A stretch of 60,000 nt of DNA from Squalus acanthias (taxonomy: Eukaryota), in NCBI GenBank assembly GCA_030390025.1, contig CM059425.1, forward strand, positions 172,052,001 to 172,112,000. Reading direction: 5' to 3'. The position numbers and the translations under genes were made by a program. Of this stretch, positions 12,687 through 23,817 are shown piece after piece. Position 1 is the first letter of the stretch, and every line of letters starts with the position of its first letter. The notes beneath the pieces are model-generated. The model did no database searches and was not told the DNA's origin. It worked only from the letters and a program-made list of their open reading frames with translations.

Positions 12687-12770
12687 AGATCCAAACGACT
12701 GCGTCTGTTCTTAGTCCGGCTAATTCAGTAGAAGGAAGCCGCCGGACTTCAATCTTTCAGGCGGGAAGAA

Positions 12771-12998
12771 TGATATGAATCTTGTCATTCATGTGGAAAT
12801 GACTTATGAAGTAATACTGGGCGGCCTGCTGGTGGCGCTATCCAGGGAGAGTATAAATACTCAGGCATGGGCCCAGCTTGCTCAGGACATTCCTTAACAG
12901 GAACTAGTTAAGACACAACTAGATCTCCATGCAGGAAAACAGTTGATTAAAGCTTTGTTTAACGCTTAGACCAAGTGCCTAGTAGTTTTCTTACGTGA
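12771..12998 (+). repeat. 3' LTR of the Mag-like element
   Basis: Direct repeat of 8496-8724 with about 13 substitutions and 1 indel by manual alignment; terminal CA mutated to GA. Confidence 0.95.
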
Positions 12999-13865
12999 AT
13001 CACCATTTAAATAATACTCTGCCTTTCTGTTTTTCCTACCGAAGTGGATAACTTCACATTTATCCACATTATACTGCATCTGCCATGTATTTGCCCACTC
13101 ACTCAACTTGTCTAAATCGCCTTGAAGCCTCCTTGCATCCTCCTCACAACTCACAATCCTACCTAGTTTTGTGTCGTCAGCAAACTTGGAAATATTACAT
13201 TTGGTTCCAGCATCCAAATCATTGATATACATTGTGAATAGCTGGGGCCCAAGCACTGATCCCTGCGGTACTCCACTAGTCACCGCCTGCCACCCCGAAG
13301 AAGACCCATTCATTTCTACTCTCTGTTTCCTGTCTGTTAACCAATTTTCAATCCATGCCAGTATATTACCCCCAATCCCATGTGCTTTAATTTTGCACAC
13401 TAACCTCTTATGTGGGACTTTATCAAAGGCCTTCTGAAAATCCAAATACACCACATCCACTGGTTCTCCCTTATCTAGTCTACCAGTTACATCCTCAAAA
13501 AACTCCAATAGGTTTGTCAAACACGATTTCCCTTTCATAAATCCATGTTGACTTTGTCTAATCCCGTTGATATTTTCTAAGTGTCCTGTTATCACATCCT
13601 TTATAATAGACTCTAGCATTTTCCCTACTACTGATGTTAGGCTAACCGGTCTGTAGTTCCCTGTTTTCTCTCTCCCTCCTTTTTTAAATAGTGGGGTTAT
13701 ATTTGCCACCTTCCAATCTGCAGGAACTGTTCCATAATCTATAGAATTTTGGAAGATGACAACCAATGCATCCACTATTTCCATGGCTACCACTTTTAGT
13801 GCTCTGGGATGCAGATTATCAGGCCCTGGGGATTTATCGACTTTCAGTCCCATTAATTTCTCCAG

Positions 13866-14128
13866 TGTTCAGGCTGCCGCGAAACACAAATGGAGGCTGA
13901 ATCCATATGTGGAAAACAAGAAACTTTTATTCACTGCATGGCACACAAAATGGCTGAGAAAGCTGCTCCCAGAATTCTCTGGAAAAAACTCCCAAAATTC
14001 TCTGGGTAAAACCAGAGGCCCCGCCCCCTTCTACCTTAAAGGTAATGTGCCTTAAAGGGGAAGGTGCTGGAAGTTTGTCCACAGACGGAAGAGTGGATTA
14101 TGCCCGTTTTAGGTGGCGATCCGCCACA
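13866..14128 (-). repeat. 3' LTR of the CsRN1-like element
   Basis: TG...CA ends; about 7 substitutions and 1 indel vs 18002-18265 by manual alignment. Confidence 0.95.
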
Positions 14129-14148
14129 CAGCTCCCCCCAGAATCCGC

Positions 14149-17100
14149 TTAGGAGGTGTGGACGAGACGGTGCGGCGGTCTGATGGGCCGGCCGGAGCGG
14201 CTCTTGTAGGACGCCGGTGGACGTGGAACGGCTGGGCGTGGAGCAGCCGGGTGAACCGGCTTGAGGGCAGGTCGGCCGCGTGGAGGTGGACGAGCTACAG
14301 GGACCTGCTCCCCGGGCTCCGAGTGTGCTGGCTTGAGTCGGTCCACCGACACTTTTTCGGTCCTGTCGCCCACTTGCAGGGTGAAAAATTTGTCCCCAGC
14401 CTGTAGCACCTTGTAGGGCCCATCGTACGGGGGTTGAAGGGGTCCGCGGTGGGCGTCGTGCCGGACGAAAACAAACCGTGCCTGGTGCAGGCTTAGTGGG
14501 ACGTGTGAGGTGGATTCGCCGTGTCGGGCAATGGGCACCGGGGCGAACTGCAGTGCCGGTGAGGCGAAGTCGTGGCGTTGCTGGTCGGCTGACCAGGGTG
14601 TCGTGGCGGTGGGCAGGAACTCGCCGGATACGCGCAGCGGCTGACCGTACACGAGCTCTGCTGCCGATGCGTGGAGGTCTTCTCTAACTGCAGTGCGCAG
14701 GCCGAGGAGGACCCACGGAAGTCCGTCGGTCCAGGCGCCGTCTTGGAGGCTGGCTCGAAGAGATGCCTTGAAGGATCTGTGGAACCGCTCACACAGTCCG
14801 TTAGCTTGGGGGTGGTACGCTGTGGTGCGGTGAATGGTCACCCCGAGATTGCGTGCGACGGCGGTCCAGAGTTCAGAGGTAAATTGCGGACCTCTGTCCG
14901 ACGTCATGTCGGAGGGGACGCCGAACCGTGCGACCCAGGTGCTGACGAAGGCTCTGGCGATGTCGGCGGTGGTGGTAGAGGTCAGTGGAATTGCCTCAGG
15001 CCAACGTGTGGTGCGGTCAATGATGGTCAGCAAGTGCGTGTGGCCTTGCGACGGCGGCAGGGGCCCGACGATGTCCACGTGGATGTGGTCGAATCTCCGC
15101 GAGGGGACGGTAAACTCCTCGAGGGGTGCTTTCGTGTGTTGCTGTACCTTGGCCCGTTGGCAGGCTAGGCAGGAGTTGGCCCAAGTACGCACATCCTTGC
15201 GAAGGCCGCGCCAGACAAAGCGGTCGGCTACCAATTTGATGGATGCGCGGGCGCCGGGGTGGGAGAGGTTGTGGAGAATGTCGAATACCTGGCGGCGCCA
15301 GGACGCTGGGACGACGGGCCGAAGTTGACATAGGGATATGTCGCACTTGACCGTGACTGCGGTCGGGCCACAGGCGACGACAGCCAGGCGTAGCCCTGGT
15401 AGGTTGGTGGGTGCGGAGAGCAGATCAGGGTCGGTGATCTGGTCTGCTGCGAGTTGAGCGTAGTCGACTGCTAGGTGTGCGGCGTGGATGGCGAGGCGGG
15501 AGAGGCAGTCAGCTACCACATTGTCTCGGCCGGAGACGTGTTGGATGTCCGTGGTGAACTCGGACACTGCCGCGAGCTGGCGCTGCTGCCTGGCGGACCA
15601 GGGGTCGGTTGTCTTTGCCATTGTGAATGTCAGGGGCTTGTGGTCGACAAACGCAGTGAAGGGGTGGCCCTCAAGCAAAAACCGGAAATGGCGGACCGCC
15701 AGGAACAGCGCGAGGAGCTCGCGGTCGAAGGTGCTGTACTTGACCTCCGGGGGGCGTAGTTGGCGGCTGAAGAAGGCAAGTGGTTGCTAGGCGCCGTCGA
15801 CCCACTGCTCATACACGGCGCCGACCGCGTGGTCGGAGGTGTCCGTGGTGAGCGCTACCCTGGCATTGGGCCGTGGGTGCGCGAGCAGGGTGGCGTTGGC
15901 GAGCGCGGTCTTGGTGGAATCGAAGGCGGCGGACGCGTCTGCCGTCCATTCGACTGCCATCTTGCCGCTCCTGCCCCGGAGGGCTTCATACAGGGGCCTC
16001 ATGAGGGACGCCACTTTGGGGATGAAGCGGTTATAGAAATTCACCATCCCGAGGAACTCCTGGAGGCCTTTGATGGTGGTGGGGCGGGGAAATTGTTGGA
16101 CGGCCTGCACCTTGGTGGGCAGGGGAATGGCCCCAGAATGGATAATGTAGTGGCCGAGGAAGTCGATCTTGTCCAGGCCGAACTGGCATTTGGCTGGGCT
16201 GAGGATGAGCCCGTGGTCGCTGAGGCGCCCGAACAGGATGCGAAGGTGTTCGAGGTGTTCCTGCTTGGAGGAACTGGCTACCAGGATGTCGTCCAGGTAG
16301 ACGAACAGGAACTTCAGGTCCCAAAGGACCGAGTCCATGAGCCATTGGAATGCCTGGGCTGCGTTTTTGAGGCCGAAGGGCATCCGCAGGAACTCAAACA
16401 GGCCGAAGGGGATGATTACGGCCGTCTTGGGGACGTCCGCGGGGTGGACGGGGACTTGGTGGTAGCCGCGCACCAGGTCGACCTTGGAAAAGACTGAGCG
16501 GCCGGCCAGTCTAGCCGAGAAGTCCTGAATGTGCGGCACGGGGTACCGATCAGGGGTGGTGGCGTCATTGAGGCGGCGGTAATCCCCGCAGGGGCGCCAA
16601 CCTCCGCCTGGATTGGGGGCGATGTGGAGTGGGGAGGCCCAGGGACTGTTGGAGCGGCGGATGATGCCGAGCTGTTCCATGGTGGCAAACTCGGTCCACG
16701 CGATCTCCAGTTTGGCCGGGTCCAGCCTGCGGGCGTGGGCGTACACTGGGAGGCCTGTGGTGGGGATGAAGTGTTCCACCCCGTGTTTGGCGGCCTCCGC
16801 GGAGAAGGTCGGATTGGTAAGGGCTGGGAATTCGGCCAGGAGTGCCGAGTAGTCATCCGTGGCCCGGGCGTGGCACTGTGACGCCATGTCGGCGGGTTGA
16901 CGGGGGGCCATGGCGCCCAGGATGGGGGACATGGTGTTCATGTCCACGAGGCGGTGACGAGGGATGTCTACCAGTAAGCCGTGGGCACACAGGAAATCTG
17001 CGCCGATGAGGGGTAAGAGCACCTTGGCAGTGATGAACTCCCATCGGTAGCGGTGACCAGCGAGGTCGAGGGTGACTGTCCGGGTGCCATACGTCCGGAT

Positions 17101-17961
17101 TTCCGAGCCGTTAGCAGCAGCCAGCGCCGGTCCTCGTTCGCCCTTTTGGATGTCGAGGGAGGAGGCCGGGATGATGCTGTGCTGAGCCCCAGTGTCGCAC
17201 AGGAAGCGGCGGCCGGTTTTGTCATCCGTGACAAACAGGAGGGAGCCCGCGTGGCCCACGGCCATCGCGGGGGCAGGAACGGGGGCGGACTTGAAAGAGC
17301 AGGGAGGTGTGCACCGTTGTGCCCTGGCGCCGAACCGTGCGTGGTAGTAACAGTGGCCCGGGTTAGTGGGGCGTGAAGGCCCCGTGGGCCTGGTGACAGG
17401 CCCTTGTGGCCGTGTGCTGGATGGTGAGGGGCACGCCCAGGCATTGGCTGCCAGGTCCGGAGCGACGTCGCGGCTGGCGTGAGCGGACAGCAGCTTGTCG
17501 GCCTCATCGGCCAGGGCTTCCAGGTTCGTGAAGCCGGACGCCACGATCGCTGGGCGGATGCTGAGAGGGAGCTGGCGGATGAACAGCGTGCGGAAGAGGG
17601 ATCCGGGTGGGCTCTCGTCGGTGAGGGAGAGCATGTGGGAGAGGTGGTCTGACGGTGAGGCATCACCGAGGCCTGGAAGGTCGAGGAGGTGGCAGTTTCG
17701 CTGATATGCCGAGGCCGTAAATTTTTTAAGGAGCGCTGTTCTGAGATGTGCGTACTTGCCTTCCTCTGGTGGGTTCTGCAGCGTTGTCCAAACCTTGGAA
17801 ACTGCGGCGCTACTGAGTGATGTGACGAGATAGTCGTACTTCGTCCCACCTGTGGTGATATTTCGCAGCCGGAAGCGAGATTCAGCTTGGAGAAACCAGG
17901 CTTCGGGCTGGTTTTCCCAAAACTCCGGCAGTTTCACGGAAACTGCGTTCGTGTCCGCCAT
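14149..17961 (-). pseudogene. Single-frame gag-pol (~1270 codons) with one in-frame TAG at 15787-15789
   Basis: ORFs 15787-17961 and 14149-15678 are in the same frame. Motifs: gag KLPEFW, PR LCDTGA, RT YLDD, RNase H TTDTSD, integrase HHCC, HVDIVGP, SDRGPQF, NGLCER and GPY. Confidence 0.93.
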
Positions 17962-17986
17962 TGCAGTGCTCGGAATACGTTCTGAG

Positions 17987-18000
17987 CATCGGGGTCACCA
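17987..18000 (-). promoter_or_regulatory. Primer-binding site complementary to the tRNA-Trp 3' end
   Basis: Minus strand TGGTGACCCCGATG, one base after the 5' LTR. Confidence 0.9.
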
Positions 18001-18001
18001 A

Positions 18002-18265
18002 TGATGAGGCTGCCGCGAAACACGAATGGAGGCTGAATCCATATGTGGAAAACAAGAAACTTTTATTCACTGCATGGCACACAAAATGGCTGAGAAAGCT
18101 GCTCCCAGAATTCTCTGGAAAAAAACTCCCAGAATTCTCTGGGTAAAACCTGAGGCCCCGCCCCCTTCTGCCTCAAAGGTAATGTGCCTTAAAGGGGAAG
18201 GTGCTGGAAGTTTGTCCACAGACGGAAGAGTGGATTATGCCCGTTTTAGGTGGCGATCCGCCACA
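18002..18265 (-). repeat. 5' LTR of the CsRN1-like element
   Basis: Direct repeat of 13866-14128, followed by the PBS. Confidence 0.95.
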
Positions 18266-19789
18266 CCAGCACTTTTTTTACTAATACTAATTTCCTTTAA
18301 TTCCTCCTCACTAGACCCTTGGTTCCCTAGCTTCCCTAGCTTTTCTGGGAAGTTATTTGTGTCCTCTTCTGTGAAGACAGAACCAAAGTATTTGTTTAAT
18401 TGCTCAGCCATTTCCTTGTTCCCCATTATAAATTCTCCCGTTTCTGACTGTAAGGGACCTACATTTGTCTTCACTAATCTTTTTCTTTTTACATACTTGT
18501 AGAAGCTTTTACAATCCGCTTTTATGTCCCTTGCAAGTTTACTCTCATACTCTATTTTTCCCCTCTTAATCAATCTCTTGGTCCTTTTTTGCTGAACTCT
18601 AAACTGCTCCCAATCCTCAGGCTTGTTACTTTTTCTGGCAAATTTATATGACTCCTCTTTGGATCTAACACTATCCTTAATTTCTTCTGTTAGCCATGGT
18701 TGGGCTGCTTTTCCTTTCGTGTTTTTGTGCCAGAAGGGAATGTATAACTGTTGCAATTCATGCATTAGTTTCTTAAATGTTAGCCATTGCCTATCCACCA
18801 TCATGCCTTTTAAAGAAGCTCCCCAATCTATCATAGCCAACTCACTCCTCATACCTTCGTAGTTTCCTTTGTTTAGATTTAGGACTCTAGTTTCTGATTG
18901 GACTTCTTCACTTTCCATTTTAATGAAGAATTCTATCATGTTATGGTCACTCTTTCCTAAAGGACCCTGCACAACAAGATTATTAATTAACCCCTTCTCA
19001 TTGCACAATACCCAATCTAGGATAGCCTGTTCCCTAGTTGGCTCCTCAATTTAAACTTTAAATAGGCAATTGCCAGCAAGGAGAAGAGTCAGCAGAGAGT
19101 GAGGCCAAATTTCCACTCCAACACCCAAGAACGTTCCATGGAGTGCTCCACCAAAAGGCTGGTTTTTCAACTTATTTCCCTACATTAACACTTAAGTAGA
19201 ACTTTGCAGGAGTCAACTGGCAACCAGATAAAAAATATGGAACAAATATAATAAGTTCCTTATTTCTAAGCAAGAAATTAACCACAGAACCTCCCTGTTG
19301 GCAAGCACCAGACTGCAGCTGCAATAAATAAAAGCCTGGCACACTCACACTCTATTGCAGCCCAGGTCCCAGCCTACAGACTTTGCACCCCATTGTTTCC
19401 ATTGAAAATACCTGCACACCCCTTCCCTCCCCTCATAAAGCTGATGAAACTTAGCTTCTCACTACTAAAACTAAACCCTTAAGTAGGAAGAAAATAATTT
19501 CGCTGGAAAATAAGGGACCTTAGATGACATACGCTGTCATTGAAATTGTCAATGCTGAATATGAAGTCCTATCCGGCGGAATTGTTTTGCATAGTTGTTA
19601 TTTCTCTTCCAAACCTCCAGAAGCTGCCAAATCCTTGTTGTGGCCTCTAAGGAAATGGCATGGATTCCTGCTGAACAGCATTGCTGCTGTCAAAAGCTTC
19701 AACTGCTTGCAGTGACTTAAGATGTGCAGCCTTGTGATAACTCACCCATCACCATTCTTCATTTATAAGCTTACACTTAGAGTGTCTGG

Positions 19790-20045
19790 AGTCGACTCAC
19801 CCTTGGAACATCACAGCTAATTCCGACCCTGTTTTTATCCAATATCCATTTCCACTCACTTTATAACAGAGTCACTGGATGGCAATCAGGAGTGCAAACT
19901 CTGGCTGATTTTTCTCTCTCTCCCTATCCCAGGGACACTACTGCCACCCTGGATCAAATCAGACAACTCAGCACAGATTGAGGATTGAACCTGGAATATT
20001 CTTAGTCTACATGGTTCAACCACAGTGCACTTAGCCATTCAACTA
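19790..20045 (-). mobile_element. Old tRNA-derived SINE remnant
   Basis: B-box-like caggttcaatcc on the minus strand; weak similarity to 53490-53700. Confidence 0.4.
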
Positions 20046-20470
20046 TTGTGGTGTCAACTGTTGCCTCTGAGTTAGAAGGTTGTGGGTTCAAGCCCCACTT
20101 CAGCATGTAATCTCGGCTTGAGCACATAATCTGGGCTGACACTTCAGTGCAGTACTGAAGGAATACTGCACTGTCGGATGTGCTGTCATTTGGATGTCTC
20201 GGGTGGAAGTCAAAGATCCCATGCCACTTTTCAAGGAAGAGCAGGGGAGTTCTCCTGGTGTTCTGGCCAAAATTTATTCTTCAATCAACATCACTAAAAC
20301 ACATTATATGGTCATTATCTCATTGCTGTTTGCGGGACTTTGCAGTGTGCAAATTGTCTGCTGCGTTTCCTACATTACAACAGTGACTACGCTTCAAAAG
20401 TACTTCATTGGTTGTGAAACACATTGGGACATCCTGAGGTTATGAAAGGCACTATATAAATTCTTTCTTA
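20046..20470 (+). mobile_element. DeuSINE (SacSINE1/AmnSINE1-like)
   Basis: B box gggttcaagccc; Deu-domain core aagatcccatg...tttcctacattacaacagtgac; L2-like tail. Four copies in the window. Confidence 0.85.
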
Positions 20471-20829
20471 TTAGGGTAACACTGGGTGTCTTTCTGAACA
20501 GAAAAATCATCTAATTTGGTATCATATCATAAACTTGTCAGTGTGTCCTTTACTTCCCACAATCAACATGCAGATATCCAGAAGAAAAAATTGCTGATGT
20601 CTTTGGGAAGTTCTTGAAGGAAGAAGCCATTGAGACCATGGCCATTAATAATGGCAGGTTTCCTTCTGATACTAACAAAAAAAAACAGCTGCTGGCGTAA
20701 AAATAAATTGCCTGCTGAAACTTTCAATTTCTTTGTGGTGGGATGTAATGTTAAAAAAATTAGGACGAAAGGGAAATGCAGAATTGTGTATAAATTGTGG
20801 GTCAGATTTAAAAAAAATACTATATGTTA

Positions 20830-21198
20830 GTGTCGCTGGCAACGCTGGCATTTATTGCCCATCCCTAGTTCCCCTGTGAATTCTCTGTAGTGGGCCACCT
20901 TCTTGAATAATTTGATACAACTAAATGGCTTGCTAGGCCACTTAAGAGGGCAGTTAACAGTCATCAACTTTGGTGTGGGTCTGGAGTCACAGGCTTCCTT
21001 CCCTAAAGGACATTAATGAACCAGGTGGATTTTTACGACAATCTGACAGCTTCATGGTCACTTTTTACTTCCAGATTTTCGTTTAAACTGAATTAAAATT
21101 TTCAAACTGCTGTGTTGGGATTTGAACTCGCATTCATATCTGGATTATTAGTCCAGCCTCTGAATTACTAGTCCAGTAACATAACCACTACGCTACCA
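20830..21198 (-). mobile_element. tRNA-derived SINE whose 3' tail is shared with the LINE at 35451-36640
   Basis: Minus-strand head ggtagcgtagtggtta...gagttcaaatccc; tail aactagggatgggcaataaatgc...gccagcgac matches 36572-36610. Confidence 0.75.
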
Positions 21199-23137
21199 TA
21201 CCCCTAATACTCATGTGAGGACCATTACATATTGATTTAATCACGGCAAATCTTGTTGATGTGATTTTTAAATGCAACTGCAACCTCTATTTTGAAGTCA
21301 CCTGCAAGGATGATTCCAGTTCTATTGCTGTTTAACTTTGTGTTCGAATTGCTGATTTTTGTTTTAAGTGAAGGTGGTACTGCATTACAGTTCCTGTTTT
21401 TTTCCAACACTTTTCTCATGTTAACAGCCGGATGAGTATCCATAAGCAGAGTTACAAAGTCAGGACTGTTGCAGATATCTTCTTGGGTACAGCGGTGCCA
21501 GTCACGACCTTAAGCAGGCTAAGCGCCTATTTTTTTATGGAAGTCGACTCCCACTGCCCAACACCTCTTCATGTGGTAGTGGGACCCAGGAATTTAACAT
21601 TGAGCCCAAGCCCATGCAATTCAAACAGTACAAACCAGAGAAGAAGACACCTGAGCACAAATTGAATGCAGTTACCTTTGCTTTTTGGGCCAGACTGCTA
21701 GGATTTGTGGGCTGCAAGTTGACATCATCAGGGCCCACCAAGGAAAACTTGGCTTCCCCCCCTCCCTTGACGGGGATTCCCCACCTGGAGCCCTCCGATG
21801 GACTTAGCTTGTGCTGGGGACCTTTTCTGCCTTCCTGCCCACCAAATTCCCACTCCTGCCCACCGGTCAGACAGTGATTACCGCCATGTTCAGGCGGGAG
21901 TCCGATCTTGCTTTTGTAAGTAAGGCCCGGGAACTAAAATCTCCCCAGGCCTGAGCATGCGAGCTCGTCGCTAGCCCTGGAACCCCCATGCACAGATCCC
22001 ACCTATAGTTAATATCGAGGCCCTCCAGTCAAGTACCATTTAATATGGCGGTGAGGCAATACATACAGCTAGTACTACAATTCTGTTAACACACCTTGCC
22101 CCATATTCCAGCTTCGAACATGTGACTTGAAACATTATAGTCATGTTGCATTCCAACTTACTGGCCAAAATATCAGATTGCTGGATTCCAACTTATGATT
22201 GAAGGATATAGCGCTGGATGACCAACTTGGTCATATTACAAACACCTCTCTAAATAAGGCCATTACTCATATGAATAATTGTTGCCTGCATCATGGTGAG
22301 GGATACAACACGTGCAGGATGCCTGGGGTTATGATGGTTTTACTGTCCACACTGTGAGTCGCGATAACACCAATGCATCCGCTTTAAGCGGTGTGGTCTG
22401 TACCTCTGTGCAATCACCTCGCAGATGCCTCCTTTCCAGCTAGACAGCACAACTCTCTCCAGTTTTTCTTTTGTACTCAGATCCCTCAAACTAGGGATCA
22501 AACTCGTGACTCCTCTCTGCACTGCCTTCACTTGTATGTCTTCCTTGTTTCTGAGTAACCAGATCTGGGCACAGTACTCGAATTGTGGTCTGACCAGAGC
22601 ACTTTGACCAGGTTGATCATCAATTGCTCTAAATTCTACTGTTTTGACTATGTATTCTATTGTTCTTGGCTGTGTATTTTCCAGCATTTTGCCTTTTAAG
22701 CCAAAAATAATTTCTCCTGGAAGAGTTACAGAATTTTAGGTAGGAAAATAAAAGTAGTTCTAGGGACTTCAACAAACATTGTTGATTGCTGCTTTGCATT
22801 GATTGGACATGTTGAGCATTCAGTCTTCTCGGACTCCTAGGTCTCTTTCAACTTCATTCATGGAGTATTTTTGCTGCCCATTTTTCCTTCCTATATGCAA
22901 TAACTTAAACCTGTCTGCATTAAATGTCATCTGCTATTGTTCTGCCTGCTCCCATGTTTTGTTTCGCTCATTCTGTAGCTTCTGGACTACCTCCCTCAAT
23001 TCCACTGCCCCATCTCATTTGATATCATCTGCAAATTTAACCAGTTTGCATTAAGTTTCAGAATTCAAGTAACTGATGTAAATTAGAAACAGTTGTGGTC
23101 CCAAGACGGAGTTCTGGGCACCCCTGGCATTACCATT

Positions 23138-23817
23138 ACCATGCAGACACTGAGACAACGTATGAACGAGCACCGCGCAACAATCGCCAGGCAGGATTGT
23201 TACCTCCCAGTCGGGGAACACTTCAGCAGTCAAGGACATTCAGCCTCGGATCTGCGGGTAAGCGTTCTCCAAGGCAACCTTAGAAACACACGACAACGCA
23301 AAATCATCGAGCAGAAACTGATAGCCAAGTTCCGCACTCATGAAGACGGTCTCAACCGGGATCTTGGGTTTATGTCACGATACATGACGTGATCCGGACT
23401 CGAGTCGTCGTTGGCTTGTTCACAGATGTGATTCCCAGTAAAAAAGTAAAAATTTTCCCAGTAAAAAAGTAAAAATTTTAAAGCTTTTCGTTTTACATAC
23501 AGACGGCAGCTTTTGACATGTTAGAACCCCTGCGACTACACCTCATTGTCTCAGTTGTATCTTGCTATGTCTTTGATGTGGTACCTTCCTGGCTGACTTA
23601 ATTAACTTTATCACACCTCGGCAGATAGTCAGGATGATTTAATTTAGTGGTCTGCAATTGTAAGGTACACATGCTTTGTTCTCTATCTATATATGCTTTG
23701 GCGATTCTGTATCTAATTTACTTCACCTGAGGAAGGAGCAATCGATAGCTCCGAAAGCTTGTGATTTCAAATAAAACTGTTGGACTATAACCTGGTGTTG
23801 TGCGACCTCTCAATTTT
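23138..23817 (+). mobile_element. 5'-truncated Penelope-like element (GIY-YIG C-terminus, 3'UTR, pseudo-LTR)
   Basis: TMQTLRQRMNEH...PVGEHF...EQKLIAKFRT...GLN; 9-bp TSD ATTACCATT (23129-23137, 23818-23826). Confidence 0.88.
23723..23764 (+). ncRNA. Minimal type I hammerhead ribozyme motif (Penelope family A)
   Basis: tcac-CUGAGGA-A-ggagc(aaucgaua)gcucc-GAAA-gc-UU-guga: intact core, stems I and II, palindromic AAGCUU in place of stem III. Confidence 0.8.

Larger units (their letters stand above)
8496..12998 (+). mobile_element. Full-length Ty3/Gypsy LTR retrotransposon (Mag-like), decayed
   Basis: Two ~229-bp LTRs; 5-bp TSD ATCAC (8491-8495, 12999-13003); PPT ggcgggaagaa at 12760-12770; domain order gag-PR-RT-RH-IN. 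Confidence 0.95.
13866..18265 (-). mobile_element. Full-length Ty3/Gypsy LTR retrotransposon, CsRN1/Boudicca/Kabuki clade
   Basis: LTRs at 13866-14128 and 18002-18265; 4-bp TSD CCAG; tRNA-Trp PBS; PPT tggggggagctg; CHCC-type gag finger CYYHARFGARAQRCTPPC. Confidence 0.95.
7760..19049 (-). mobile_element. 5'-truncated CR1 split into three parts (7760-8495, 12999-13865, 18266-19049) by two LTR retrotransposons
   Basis: ORFs 8011, 8233, 12966 and 18235 rejoin seamlessly once the LTR elements and one TSD copy each are removed. The result closely matches the CR1 at 29658-32149. Confidence 0.95.

Noticed and set aside
12400..12770. Possible env or extra ORF after the Mag-like integrase
   Set aside because: Only a low-complexity integrase tail; no signal peptide or transmembrane segment, and no space before the PPT.
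14113..17849. Many long alternative-frame and antisense ORFs over the CsRN1-like element
   Set aside because: Expected shadows of GC-rich coding DNA with few stop codons; no domain motifs.
18026..18502. ORFs crossing LTR/CR1 junctions (also 13756-14055, 5195-5659, 23093-23392) as chimeric genes
   Set aside because: They are chance read-throughs across insertion junctions that are marked by TSDs or TIRs.
19524..19715. Short ORF in unique sequence
   Set aside because: No recognisable motif and no convincing splice or start context.
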